Shown piece after piece: positions 9,061 to 19,160 of a DNA stretch of 64,000 nt. The stretch comes from an uncultured delta proteobacterium. Lineage in GTDB: Bacteria; Myxococcota; Myxococcia; Myxococcales; Anaeromyxobacteraceae. How positions within the stretch are numbered: the stretch's first letter is position 1; each line of letters opens with the position of its first letter. The notes under the pieces were generated by a model, which saw only the letters and a list, made by a program, of their open reading frames with translations, was not told where the DNA came from and ran no database searches. The position numbers were made by a program, and so were the translations under genes. The stretch spans positions 1 to 64,000 of the forward strand of contig CAWJSR010000010.1 of assembly GCA_963845515.1 (NCBI GenBank), read 5' to 3'.

Positions 9061-12000
9061 ATGCGAAAGAAACTGATCGTCCTGATCGCTCTTGTCGTTG
9101 TGGGCGCCCTGCTGCTGGCGGGCGCCGCCTTGGCCGAAGATGGCGACCTCTTCCGGCGGAATATCTCCAAGACGCCGGACGCGGAGACCGAGAAGGCCGC
9201 CATCTATATGATGGATTTCTACGTGCCCGGCGCAGGCGTCGACCGGCCTCGTCGGGCCGGTGGACAACTACCTGCTGGCCGACGAAGCGACCGTCGCCTA
9301 TGAGGCGCGCGACTTCGCCAAGCCGCTGGTGACGGTCTGGATCGACGACCTCGGCGGCGCGGAGGTGCCGGTCGACGGCGCGGTCACCGCCCTGGGCGGT
9401 ATCACCTTCGGTGAGTTCGACGCCTTCGTGGGCGTCTCGCTGGACGACGGCACGACCTGGAAGACCACCAACCTCTCCCGCTCGGCCGATCTGTCGTCCT
9501 TCAATCTCGCCAACGGCCACGCCTATCCCGGCGATGTGCACAATGTCGTGCACCAGGTGTTTGGTGACAACATCTTCGTCGCCTGGGTCAGCAAATACTG
9601 CGAAGGCGGCACGCCGCTCTACTCGCTGGATCCGACAGAGGACGCTACCATACTTCGACGATCTGGAGCTCACCTACGCTAAGGACGCAGTCTATCTGTA
9701 CGACCTCTTTGGCGTTGGCTGGCAACCAGGGCTCGGTGGATTACACCGACCAGGGTTACCCCGAAATCGGCGAGAATTCCCTACTCCTGCGTCTGGACCG
9801 ACCCGCGGCAAGCTGCTGGCTGGCGATGACCCCTCAACGACTGATGCAGAAGCCACCTATGTGATGTGGGCCAAACCCGAGCGGCTGACCTCCGGAAAAC
9901 GCGATGCCAACCTGCCCGCGGTGGACTGCGCGGCCGGCGCCGGTTGTATGCTGACCTGGCAGGAAGATCCCGAAGGCCTGCGCCCCGGCCAGGGTCTTGG
10001 CCCCGGCGAAGGCTGGTCCGGTGCGGTCGCCTGGCAGCAGACCGATATCTGGTACTCGCACATCAGCCAGGCGGATTTTGACCAGGTCTTCGCTGCCGAA
10101 GACACGATTGGCGCGATCCCAATGGCGGATTTTGCCTTGGCTTCCACGGCAGACGCGAACATGCCGAAGTCTTATGTGCCGATGGCGATGCCGGTGCGCC
10201 TGACTGACAATGCCATGTGCAAGGCGGTAGTACTGCTCAAAATGGAGACTGATCCTTACTGCTACATCGATTTCGATACGATCGATGACATCGATCACAC
10301 AAATGTGCAGACCTTGTTGGATCTGACCAGCACCTGAAGCAGATGCCGATTTCTGCGCAACGCAGGTCTCCTGGACCAATCCCGGCGGCACCACGCTCGA
10401 CCTCTGCGTGACCGATGACAACCGCCTGCTGAACGGCCGTGTGGCATCCACCCGCGTGCGTATGAACTTCAAGCCCTACACCACAACGGTCGATGCTGAT
10501 GGCGACGGTGTGCTGGACAAGAGCGCCTGGATCGTCATGGCGGCTGAAGAATCCAAAGCTCTTGGGTGATACTGCCGAGGATGAAGAAGCCGACCCGATC
10601 GACATTGGTAAGGATATCTGGTATTACTCCTTCGATCCGTTCAAGACCGGTGCCGACGAGTTCATGGTCAGCCAGGGCGGCATGCTCAACCAGCCGGCTG
10701 TCTGCAAAGACGAAGCAGACGATCTTACTGCACTGGTGGTGTGGGCGAGTTCTATGACATCCAGTTAGACGCTCGTGGACTACGAATACTACCTGACCGA
10801 GATCGCCCGTCGCTTTGCGCTGACCACCAACTCGGTCAGCGCTGCGGTGGACTCCGAGAGCGGTCTCTCCGCCATGCTGATCTACAAGCAGGGCATCATC
10901 AACCAGGGCGGCCCGGCGGATATCATGTTGCGCCGCGTGCTCATCCGATGATGACGTCTTTGATCCGGCGGTGGATAACCCATACGCCTTCGAGAATATG
11001 GACTGCGCCGAATGGGCCTACACTGATGGCATCAAATCCCAACTACCTGCAGGGCGTATGCCTCTCGCCTGCCATCAACATCACCGGCAACACCATCGAT
11101 CCGCTGCGATGCTGGCACCGGACAACGACACCTGCGCGGCAGCCTTCCCGATGGACGATGATGGCAGCAACCCGGACGGTACCGCCGTTCCCCAAGGTCT
11201 ACGAATGGCGGCAGTGCGATGGCACATCAGCGATCGAGGGCTGCGAGGACTGACAATGACCTGGACGACCAGTCCTGGGAGAACCCCTTCGACGTGGCCA
11301 AGGGTCACCGCGGCTTCCTGGATGGCGACATTGTCATGATGATGTACGCCTGGGCGCCCAACTGGAACTCCAATACGGTCGGCAACGACCACTACAACCT
11401 GTACGTACGGCGCTCCTTTGACGGCGGCTCTGACCTGGACCACCACCCCGGCGAGCTTGGGCGGCGCTGGCGTCACCGTAGACTGAGTACTACTATGGTA
11501 CCAGCATCGGCGATCCGGTCCCAGTAGAATGGACCTATGCTGCCGGCGCGTTTGAACAAGGTCGCAACGTCTCGCTGCTGACCGGCAACAAGGTCACCAT
11601 CCTGGATCCGCGCTACAGCCCCACCGGCGGTATGAAGCTCTACCCGACCATCCGCACCGACTGGCTGACCGCTAATGGCATCTCGTTCGAGGGCCTGCCG
11701 TACGACGATGATCTGGCACGCGATCCGTCCAAGTTCTTCATGATCTACGAGACCGGTGACAACACCACGGTGGCCGTCGGCGAAGCCACCCCGCTCGACC
11801 TGTATTACAGCCGCGCCACCGTCTACGGCGATGTGTGGGAAGTGATGGACTACACGACCGACACGGACGATTTGGTCCTGGATCGCTGGCCGTGGGTGGA
11901 GAACAAGGCCGAGATCCTCTCCGGTGAAGCCGGCATGCTGGCCAACCCGGGCGGAACCTTTATGTACGCAGTGTGGAACCAGTGGCAAGAGGAGATTCTG

Positions 12001-12432
12001 CCCGACGGCCACGAGCTGGTCTTCGACAGTGACATCTGGTTCCGCCGGTTCCTGTACCTGCCCGACGATGCCACGATGGACTACGCCCCACTGCCGTCCA
12101 TCCTCTACGTTAACCAGACCATCTTCAGCATCGCCGCAGACGATGACGTCGTGATGGTCGGTACAGCCCGCGACTTCGGCGCTGACGCCGGCATCGAGGA
12201 GTACGGCTGGTGGTACAAGGCCGCCGGCTCCGATCCGGAGGCCGAGGGCGTACGCATCGGCTACAACCAGAAGCTCGATCTGCCTGCAGGCCAACTGCCC
12301 GGACAGCCCGGGTGGGCCCAGATCGTCTTCAAGGCAAAGGACAAGGGTGGCAACTGGTCACCTGGCGTCACGGTAAACGTCTGGGTCGTCCAGGAGTTGC
12401 ACAAGACCTTCATGCCGACGGTGATGCACTAG
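9061..12432 (+). CDS. large secreted acidic Cys-rich protein, choice-of-anchor O-like (many frameshifts)
   Basis: RBS and signal peptide; Asp-box motifs SLDDGTTW and RSFDGG; WQEDPEGLRPGQGLGPGEGWSG; AKGHRGFLDGD; C-terminal TFMPTVMH. The family name is recalled from motifs, not searched. Confidence 0.7.
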
Positions 12433-12448
12433 CTCTAGCCTGAATCTC

Positions 12449-12478
12449 GGGAGTGGCGCCCAGCCGGACGCCACTCCC
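12449..12478 (+). other. intergenic GC stem-loop without a U-tract
   Basis: gggagtggcg...cgccactccc. Confidence 0.6.
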
Positions 12479-12496
12479 TCACCCAGCGAGGCCACG

Positions 12497-13860
12497 ATGA
12501 CACCGGTGAGCGCAGACAGAGACAACGTGAAGGGATGGAAGCGCCTGATCTACACCGAGGCGTCCGATGACCGCGGCAACATGCGCCGCGTGCTCAACAG
12601 CCTCGTCCTACACCTCCACCCGGTGCGCGTGCCCGCGCGGGCGATCCGCTTCACCTACACCTGGGGCCTTGGCGGGATCTCCACCCTCCTCTGTCTGCTG
12701 TTGGCCATCACCGGCGTGCTCCTGATGTTCCGCTATGAACCCGATGTCGAACGCGCCTACCTCAGCATCCAGGCACTGGAGGCCGAGGTGGCCTTTGGTT
12801 CGCTGATCCGCGGTGTCCACCACTGGTCGGCGAACCTCCTGGTCATCACCGCCTTCCTGCACCTGCTGCGGGTCTTCCTCACCGGCGGGTTCAAGGCCGG
12901 ACGGACCACCAACTGGATCATCGGTGTGGTCCTGCTGGTGGTGGTGCTCGCCTTCAACTTCACCGGGTATCTGCTGCCCTGGGACCAACTCTCCTACTGG
13001 GCCGTGACGGTCAGCACCGCCGATCATGCGCTATGTGCCGGTGCTGGGCACCGAGGTCGCCAAAGGGCTCCTCGGGGGCCACGAGGTGGGCGCGGCAACG
13101 CTGCGCAACTTCTATGCGCTCCACGTCGCGGTGCTCCCAGCAGGCATGCTGGCGCTCCTGGGCTATCACTTCTGGCGTATCCGCAAGGACGGCGGGATCT
13201 CCCAGCCGTTAGCCCATCCTGAAGGCGGCGATGTACGCGTCACCACTATCCCGCACCTGGTGCGGCGCGAAGCTGCGGTCGCAGCCGTGGTGCTCACCGC
13301 CGTCGTCGCCTTCTCGATGCTCGTCGCGGCCCCGCTGGGGCCGGTCGCCGACCCGCTTCACTCCCCCAACCCGGCCAAGGCGGCCTGGTACTTCGGGGGA
13401 CTGCAGGAACTGCTCCTGCACATGGAGACCGAGGCCGCGCTCGTGCTCCTGGCGATCGTGGGCGCGGCCGTCGTGCTGGTGCCCGTCCTGGACCGCGACC
13501 GTGCCACCATCGGTGTCTATTTCCGTTCGGCCCGCGGTCGCGCCGCAGCGCTTCTTGGGCGCGGTCGCCGGCCTCAACCTGACGCCGCTGGCGATCATCG
13601 CGGACGAGCTCTGGATCGACTGGAGCGCGCTACTGCCCGGCGCACCCACGTGGATATCGCACGGCCTGGTACCGCTGGCCGTCGTCCTGATCATGATCGG
13701 CGCCATCGCCTTCGCCGCGCGATGGATGCTGAAGGCGACCTATGGCGAGTCGATCGTGGCGATCGGCGCCTTCGTGGTCGCTGCGCTGTTGGTGATGACG
13801 ATCACCTGCGCGCTATTCCGCGGTGAGAACATGGATCTGATCTGGCCGGGGGGCCTGTAA
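12497..13860 (+). CDS. cytochrome b subunit of a Rieske/cytb complex (frameshifts near 13020 and 13555)
   Basis: WGLGG, RGVHHWSAN...HLLRVF, FTGYLLPWDQLSYWA, FYALHVAVLP...HFWRIRK, NPAKAAWYF. Confidence 0.9.
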
Positions 13861-13886
13861 CAGAAAGCTACGTCGGGGGGGTATGG

Positions 13887-14447
13887 ATGAAGAAGAAGCC
13901 AGAAGCCAGAAGCCAGAAGCCAGAGTCACAGAAGAGAGAGGCGGAGGCGCCGCAGTGCAAGCTGACGCCGGAGACGGCGGACATCACCCGGCGCAACTTC
14001 CTGAAGCTCGGGATGAGCGGACTGGGGATGCTGGCGGCGCTCGAGATCGGGGGCGCCAGCCTCATCTACTTGCGCTCGCACAGCCTACAGGGCGTCTTCG
14101 GGTCGGTGGTCACGGCGGGGCGCGCTGATGCGTTCCCAAGCGGCTCTGTCACCGAGTTCCCCGACTCGCGTTTTTTCCTGGTGCGCGCCGACGATGGCGG
14201 CTTTATGGCCGTCCACACCCGTTGCCCGCACCTGGGGTGCACCGTCGTCTGGGTAGAGGAAAAGCAGGAATTCCTATGCCCGTGTCACGCATCGACCTTC
14301 GACAAGCACGGGGACCACGGCGGGCCGCCGGTGTCCCGCGCGCTTGATCTGTTCCCCGTTCGCATCAAGGACGGCCTGGTCGTGGTCGACACGACCGAGA
14401 AGACGCAGCGCGAGTCCTTCTCGTCCGACCAGCTCACCTACGCCTGA
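13887..14447 (+). CDS. Tat-exported Rieske 2Fe-2S protein
   Basis: TRRNFLK, CPHLGC, CPCHAS, GGPP. Confidence 0.93.
   Translation: MKKKPEARSQKPESQKREAEAPQCKLTPETADITRRNFLKLGMSGLGMLAALEIGGASLIYLRSHSLQGVFGSVVTAGRADAFPSGSVTEFPDSRFFLVRADDGGFMAVHTRCPHLGCTVVWVEEKQEFLCPCHASTFDKHGDHGGPPVSRALDLFPVRIKDGLVVVDTTEKTQRESFSSDQLTYA
13894..13921 (+). repeat. (AGAAGCC)4 heptamer tandem repeat at the 5' end of the Rieske gene
   Basis: agaagcc x4, read directly. Confidence 0.9.
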
Positions 14448-14458
14448 GGCAGCTACCC

Positions 14459-15304
14459 ATGAAGACCTACGAGACTTTGGGGCTGGTGGCACTGCTTCTC
14501 CTGGTGGTCCTGCTGCCCGTCTACGCACTCCAGGAGCCGGCCCGTATGGCCCGCGCCCAGACCGAGACGGAGGCACGCTACGTCAGCGACGCGGCGCACC
14601 TCTACCTGGATAGCTGTGCGCTCTGCCACGGGTCCGACGGCGCGGGGCTTGGCGCGATGCCGCCGCTAAACTACGCTGCGCTGGCCGAAGCCAACGCCGA
14701 AGTGCTCTACAACACCATCGCCTACTCACCGCACGGCTCGGCGATGGCGTCGTGGCACGTGGAAGAAGGCGGAACGATGAGCAGCTACCAGGTGGAAAGC
14801 CTGGTCACGCTCATCAAGTCACGGGGCTGGGACACGGTGTCGGCAATGGCCGAGACGGCTATGCTGTCGTTCATCGCCCCCCCCAATGCCGCGGCCCTCG
14901 ACGACCTGGAGCCCGGAGATGAGGCAGACCCGCACGAGTGCCGCTCGTGCCACGAGGAGCCCATCGTGCACGCCGCGCGCTTCGGCCTGAACTGCGCCCG
15001 GTGCCACACGCTGCAGTCGTGGAAGCCTGCGCTTTTGACCAAGCACACGTTCAGCCTCGATCACGGCGAGGGTACGCAGATCGCTTGCCAGACGTGCCAC
15101 ACCGAAAGCTATGCCGTGAATACCTGTTACGGATGTCACGATCACCAACCCGACGAGATGGAGTCGGTCCACGTGGAGCTCGGTATCACGGAGTATGACG
15201 CCTGCGGGCTCTGCCACCCGACGGGTGAGCCGGGTGAGGCGCGGAACTTACAGGCGGGGGGCCCCATGCCTGCAGTGGCCGGAGATGGCCCGGCTGGCAA
15301 CTAG
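14459..15304 (+). CDS. membrane-anchored hexaheme cytochrome c (class I domain plus 5-heme module)
   Basis: N-terminal TM; CALCH...AMASW; CRSCH, CARCH, CQTCH, CYGCH, CGLCH. Confidence 0.9.
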   Translation: MKTYETLGLVALLLLVVLLPVYALQEPARMARAQTETEARYVSDAAHLYLDSCALCHGSDGAGLGAMPPLNYAALAEANAEVLYNTIAYSPHGSAMASWHVEEGGTMSSYQVESLVTLIKSRGWDTVSAMAETAMLSFIAPPNAAALDDLEPGDEADPHECRSCHEEPIVHAARFGLNCARCHTLQSWKPALLTKHTFSLDHGEGTQIACQTCHTESYAVNTCYGCHDHQPDEMESVHVELGITEYDACGLCHPTGEPGEARNLQAGGPMPAVAGDGPAGN

Positions 15305-15463
15305 GCTTACGGAGGAGACCCTCGGGCCCCGTGAGAGGCTTAGAGGTGTCGGAGTAAGGTGGGCATCCGGAGCTTGGGGTTCTGCCGGTAGCCCACCGGG
15401 TGAAGCAAGAACATCTCAGAGCAGACCTGGAACGCGGGGCGTGCGGGGGCACGGACCAAGGCT

Positions 15464-16576
15464 ATGAAACTAATCAAGTGGCTTCTCACCTCCGGAATCG
15501 GGCGGAGCATCTCTGCGGTCTTCGTGCTCGTAATGATGCCCGTTGTGGTTGTGTTGGCAATGAAGGCCTTCCGCAGCTATCTCAGCCCCGGCCTGGTGTC
15601 TGCGATGGCGAGAGATGGAACGGGACTGGGCGGCTATGCGTCCCACGCCGAATTCGGGAATGACTGCCTTCACTGTCACGAGCCGGTGCACTGCCTCACG
15701 GCCAGCAAATGCCAGAGCTGCCATATGGACATCGCCAAGGAGCGCGCCGGCACAGAGGGCCTCCATGCCATGCTGCCGGGCACGGATCGCTGCCAGACCT
15801 GCCACAAGGAGCATCGTGGACGCGAGGCGGTCATCAGCGAGGTCGGCCTGGCAAATATCGATCATGAAGCGCTGACAGGCTTCAGCTTGGCGGCGCATAC
15901 GTCCGCAGAGGACGAGACGCCTCTGGTCTGCGCGGATTGCCATCCGAACGATGTGCTGGCGGCCTCGGATGTAGATTGCGTGAGCTGCCACCTGGAACGC
16001 CAGGGGACCGTGGCTCAGGCCCATGTCGATCGCTACGGCACAGACTGTGCGCTCTGCCACGACGGCAGGGGCGACGGGCCGACCGTGTTTGAGCACGCAA
16101 CGGTCTATGTTCTGGACGGTGCGCACACGGATACCTCGTGTGAGGCCTGCCATCTTGACCGGGTCTATGAAGGTCTGGCGTCCGACTGCGCGAGTTGCCA
16201 TGACGAGCCCGCGTACCACGCGGGGCAGTTCGGCGGCGACTGCGCCCGCTGCCACAACACGATGGCATTCGCGCCAGCCCAGCTCACACAGCACACCTTT
16301 CAACTGGATCACGGCAGTGCGACGGGCGACACTAGCGCCTGTACCACCTGCCACCCCGGCACCTATACCGAGCAGACGTGCTTCGGATGCCACGACCATG
16401 AACCCACCGCCCTGCTGGCGCAGCACCGGGAGGCGGGCCTAGAGGACGCCGAAGCATGTGCCGAGTGTCACAAGACCGGCTTGGCCGGTGAGGTCGAGGG
16501 ACTACGCCCGCTGGCGTCGTCCCCCCAGATCCCAGCCGCCGAGCGTCCGGTCTCCCTGAATAGGGAGGAACCGTGA
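15464..16576 (+). CDS. membrane-anchored 12-heme cytochrome c
   Basis: N-terminal hydrophobic helix and 12 CXXCH motifs. Confidence 0.92.
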   Translation: MKLIKWLLTSGIGRSISAVFVLVMMPVVVVLAMKAFRSYLSPGLVSAMARDGTGLGGYASHAEFGNDCLHCHEPVHCLTASKCQSCHMDIAKERAGTEGLHAMLPGTDRCQTCHKEHRGREAVISEVGLANIDHEALTGFSLAAHTSAEDETPLVCADCHPNDVLAASDVDCVSCHLERQGTVAQAHVDRYGTDCALCHDGRGDGPTVFEHATVYVLDGAHTDTSCEACHLDRVYEGLASDCASCHDEPAYHAGQFGGDCARCHNTMAFAPAQLTQHTFQLDHGSATGDTSACTTCHPGTYTEQTCFGCHDHEPTALLAQHREAGLEDAEACAECHKTGLAGEVEGLRPLASSPQIPAAERPVSLNREEP

Positions 16577-18939
16577 AACGACTCCTGTTTGCCATCGCGA
16601 TCGGAAATCTGCTGTTTGCCGTGGCCGGCATGGGTCTGGTCTACTTTGCAGCGACCTACCCTTTCGCGCCGGGTGATCTCCTCTTTGCTGTTCAGGACGC
16701 CGCCGAGCAACTGCGGCTCACTCTGTCGCCCAAGGGCGAAGGTCAGGCTCGCTGGGCGCTCCAGCTCGCGGGTCGCCGGTTGGGCGACCTGGCGAATGCC
16801 GACGCTCACCGTGCTGATCGTGCTCTGACGGCCTTCGCAGGAACCCTGGAACAGGCAGCCTTGCTGGTGGACGCGCTCCCTGAGGACAGCGAGGCTCATC
16901 TCGAACTGCAGAAGCTACTGAAGCAGGCCAACATCGTGCTGGCCGCGATGCGCTACCCATCGACGGGCACGCCACTCGAGGCCGCCGTTAGGGCTCTGCA
17001 GAAGGACATCGCTACCCGTCAGGCTCTGGCAGCCGCGCGACCGGCGCTTGCGTCTGCAACGCCGGCTGATGCGACGCTCAGCAAGGCGATGGCGATCCCC
17101 TTCCTCGGAGGAACTGTCGACCATAGCGGCTTCTTACTGGATGGTGCTCACGCGGACGTCTCGTGTGAACAATGCCACAAGGATGGGCGCTATGCCGACA
17201 CGGCCACCGGCTGTGAGCAGTGCCACCATGTACCCGTGGCCGCTGCGTACCCGTACCACTTTGCCGGCGAGTGCACGTCGTGCCACGATGGTACAACGTG
17301 GGAGGTCAAAGATTTTAGCCATCTGCCTGTTACCGAATGTGAGACCTGCCACATCGAGGATCAGCCCGAGGGCCACGAGATCTACACCCAGGCCGGTCCG
17401 CCGACGACCGAGGGCCGGTTGGCGCGCGCGTTCTCCAGCCTGACAGGGGCAGCCATCCGCTCCGTATCAGAGCGAACCCTGATGGGGAACGTGCTCGCTG
17501 CTACCGAAGATGCAGGCGCGCCGGGCCATGCCTGCGCCGACTGCCACACCGATACCACAGACTGGAACAGGTTCGAGTTCGCCCATGAGGGGTTCGCAGA
17601 TTGCCAGGCGTGCCATTCGGTCGACACTCCGGATGATCACTACGAGGGTCAGTGCTCCTCCTGCCACAGTGTCGATGGGTGGGATGAGATCGCCTTCGAA
17701 CACACGGGTCTCGCTGGTTGTTCGCTCTGCCACGAACCTCCACACGAGTCGTACGATCTGGCCTGCGCAACCTGCCATACTACCAAGACCTGGTGGGCCA
17801 CCTGGCACTCGAATCGCAAGACCACGAGCTGCGTTCAGTGTCATACGGATGACGCCCCCGCCAACCACTACGAGGGCCAGTGCTCCTCGTGCCACACGTC
17901 CAGCTCGTGGCAGGATGTCTCGTTCGATCACAGCGGCCTCACCGACTGCGCAAGCTGCCACACTCGGCCCAACCACTACAAGGGCCAGTGCTCGGGCTGC
18001 CATACGAGCTCATCGTGGACCGACGTGTCGATCAGCCACATCGGGCTCACCAACTGTACATCGTGCCACTCCAAGGGCGGCCACTATTCAGGGCAGTGCA
18101 GCGTCTGCCACAGCACTGCCTCCTGGGATGGCGCCACGTTCAGCCACTCCGGATACGTGGACTGCCAGACGTGCCATAAGGCAGCCGCTGGGCACTACCT
18201 GGGCCAGTGTTCCAACTGTCACACCAGCACAATATCCTGGGCTGGTCTGTCCTTTAGCCACGCCGGCCTGACAGACTGCCAGACGTGCCACACTGATGAG
18301 ATGCCGGCGGGACACTACGTGGGTCAGTGTTCCACCTGTCACAGCACTTCAGACTGGACCGCCGTCAGCTTCAGCCACAGCGGCCTCACCGACTGCGCGA
18401 GCTGTCACACCACCGACGCGCCGTCCGGCCACTGGCCGGGGCAGTGTTCCACCTGTCACACGACCAACTCCTGGACTGAGGTTCTGGTGGATCACAGTGA
18501 TGGGTCGGACTGCGCCTCGTGCCATTCCTATGACGGTCACTGGCCGGGGCAGTGTTCGGACTGCCACACCTCGACAACATCCTGGACGCAGGTGACGTTC
18601 AACCACACCGGCTACACCATCTGCAACGCCTGCCACGAGCGTCCAGCCATCCATACGCGCGGCCAATGCTCGAAGTGCCACACGACCGACACCTGGGAGG
18701 TCGCCGAGACGCCGACGCCGCAGCCGACAGAAACACCTGTGCCGACCGCAACGCCGACGCCCGTACCCACGGAGACCCCATTGCCAACCCAGACACCGAC
18801 GCCTGAGCCTACTCCGACTCCAACGGACACGCCCGAGCCGACACCCGTGCCGACGGATACTCCGGAGCCAACACCAGTCCCAACGGATACGCCGGAGCCA
18901 ACACCGACCGAGTCTCCCACACCTACGACGACGCCGTAG
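16573..18939 (+). CDS. 25-heme cytochrome c with a DUF5667-like N-terminal helical domain and a Pro/Thr tail
   Basis: 25 CXXCH counted; PGDLLFAVQDAAEQLRL; repeated diheme unit; PT-rich C-terminus. Confidence 0.92.
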   Translation: MKRLLFAIAIGNLLFAVAGMGLVYFAATYPFAPGDLLFAVQDAAEQLRLTLSPKGEGQARWALQLAGRRLGDLANADAHRADRALTAFAGTLEQAALLVDALPEDSEAHLELQKLLKQANIVLAAMRYPSTGTPLEAAVRALQKDIATRQALAAARPALASATPADATLSKAMAIPFLGGTVDHSGFLLDGAHADVSCEQCHKDGRYADTATGCEQCHHVPVAAAYPYHFAGECTSCHDGTTWEVKDFSHLPVTECETCHIEDQPEGHEIYTQAGPPTTEGRLARAFSSLTGAAIRSVSERTLMGNVLAATEDAGAPGHACADCHTDTTDWNRFEFAHEGFADCQACHSVDTPDDHYEGQCSSCHSVDGWDEIAFEHTGLAGCSLCHEPPHESYDLACATCHTTKTWWATWHSNRKTTSCVQCHTDDAPANHYEGQCSSCHTSSSWQDVSFDHSGLTDCASCHTRPNHYKGQCSGCHTSSSWTDVSISHIGLTNCTSCHSKGGHYSGQCSVCHSTASWDGATFSHSGYVDCQTCHKAAAGHYLGQCSNCHTSTISWAGLSFSHAGLTDCQTCHTDEMPAGHYVGQCSTCHSTSDWTAVSFSHSGLTDCASCHTTDAPSGHWPGQCSTCHTTNSWTEVLVDHSDGSDCASCHSYDGHWPGQCSDCHTSTTSWTQVTFNHTGYTICNACHERPAIHTRGQCSKCHTTDTWEVAETPTPQPTETPVPTATPTPVPTETPLPTQTPTPEPTPTPTDTPEPTPVPTDTPEPTPVPTDTPEPTPTESPTPTTTP

Positions 18940-18963
18940 TCGGCGAGTTGCTCGCCCCCCCAA

Positions 18964-18997
18964 CAGAGAGGCCAGCTCGACGGAGCCGGCCTCTCTG
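18964..18997 (+). terminator. stem-loop after the cytochrome operon
   Basis: cagagaggcc...ggcctctctg. Confidence 0.55.
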
Positions 18998-19093
18998 CAT
19001 ACATCACCGCAGTGTGGCACGCATCCACGGCTTGCGCCGGCTACTCCTCGGTAGATTGACTGGTCCTGCCAGTCCTCATCCCACGTGACAGCA

Positions 19094-19131
19094 CCCACCG
19101 TCGCAAGGTGCAGGTGCCTTGCGACGGTGGG
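19094..19131 (-). terminator. 15-bp perfect-stem hairpin downstream of the giant minus-strand gene
   Basis: cccaccgtcgcaagg-N8-ccttgcgacggtggg. Confidence 0.6.
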
Positions 19132-19160
19132 GCCCGTAACAACACAACGCGATCCGGGCG

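Noticed and set aside
17900..18935. DNA repeats resembling an array
   Set aside because: They are explained by the coding diheme and Pro/Thr repeats of the 25-heme protein.
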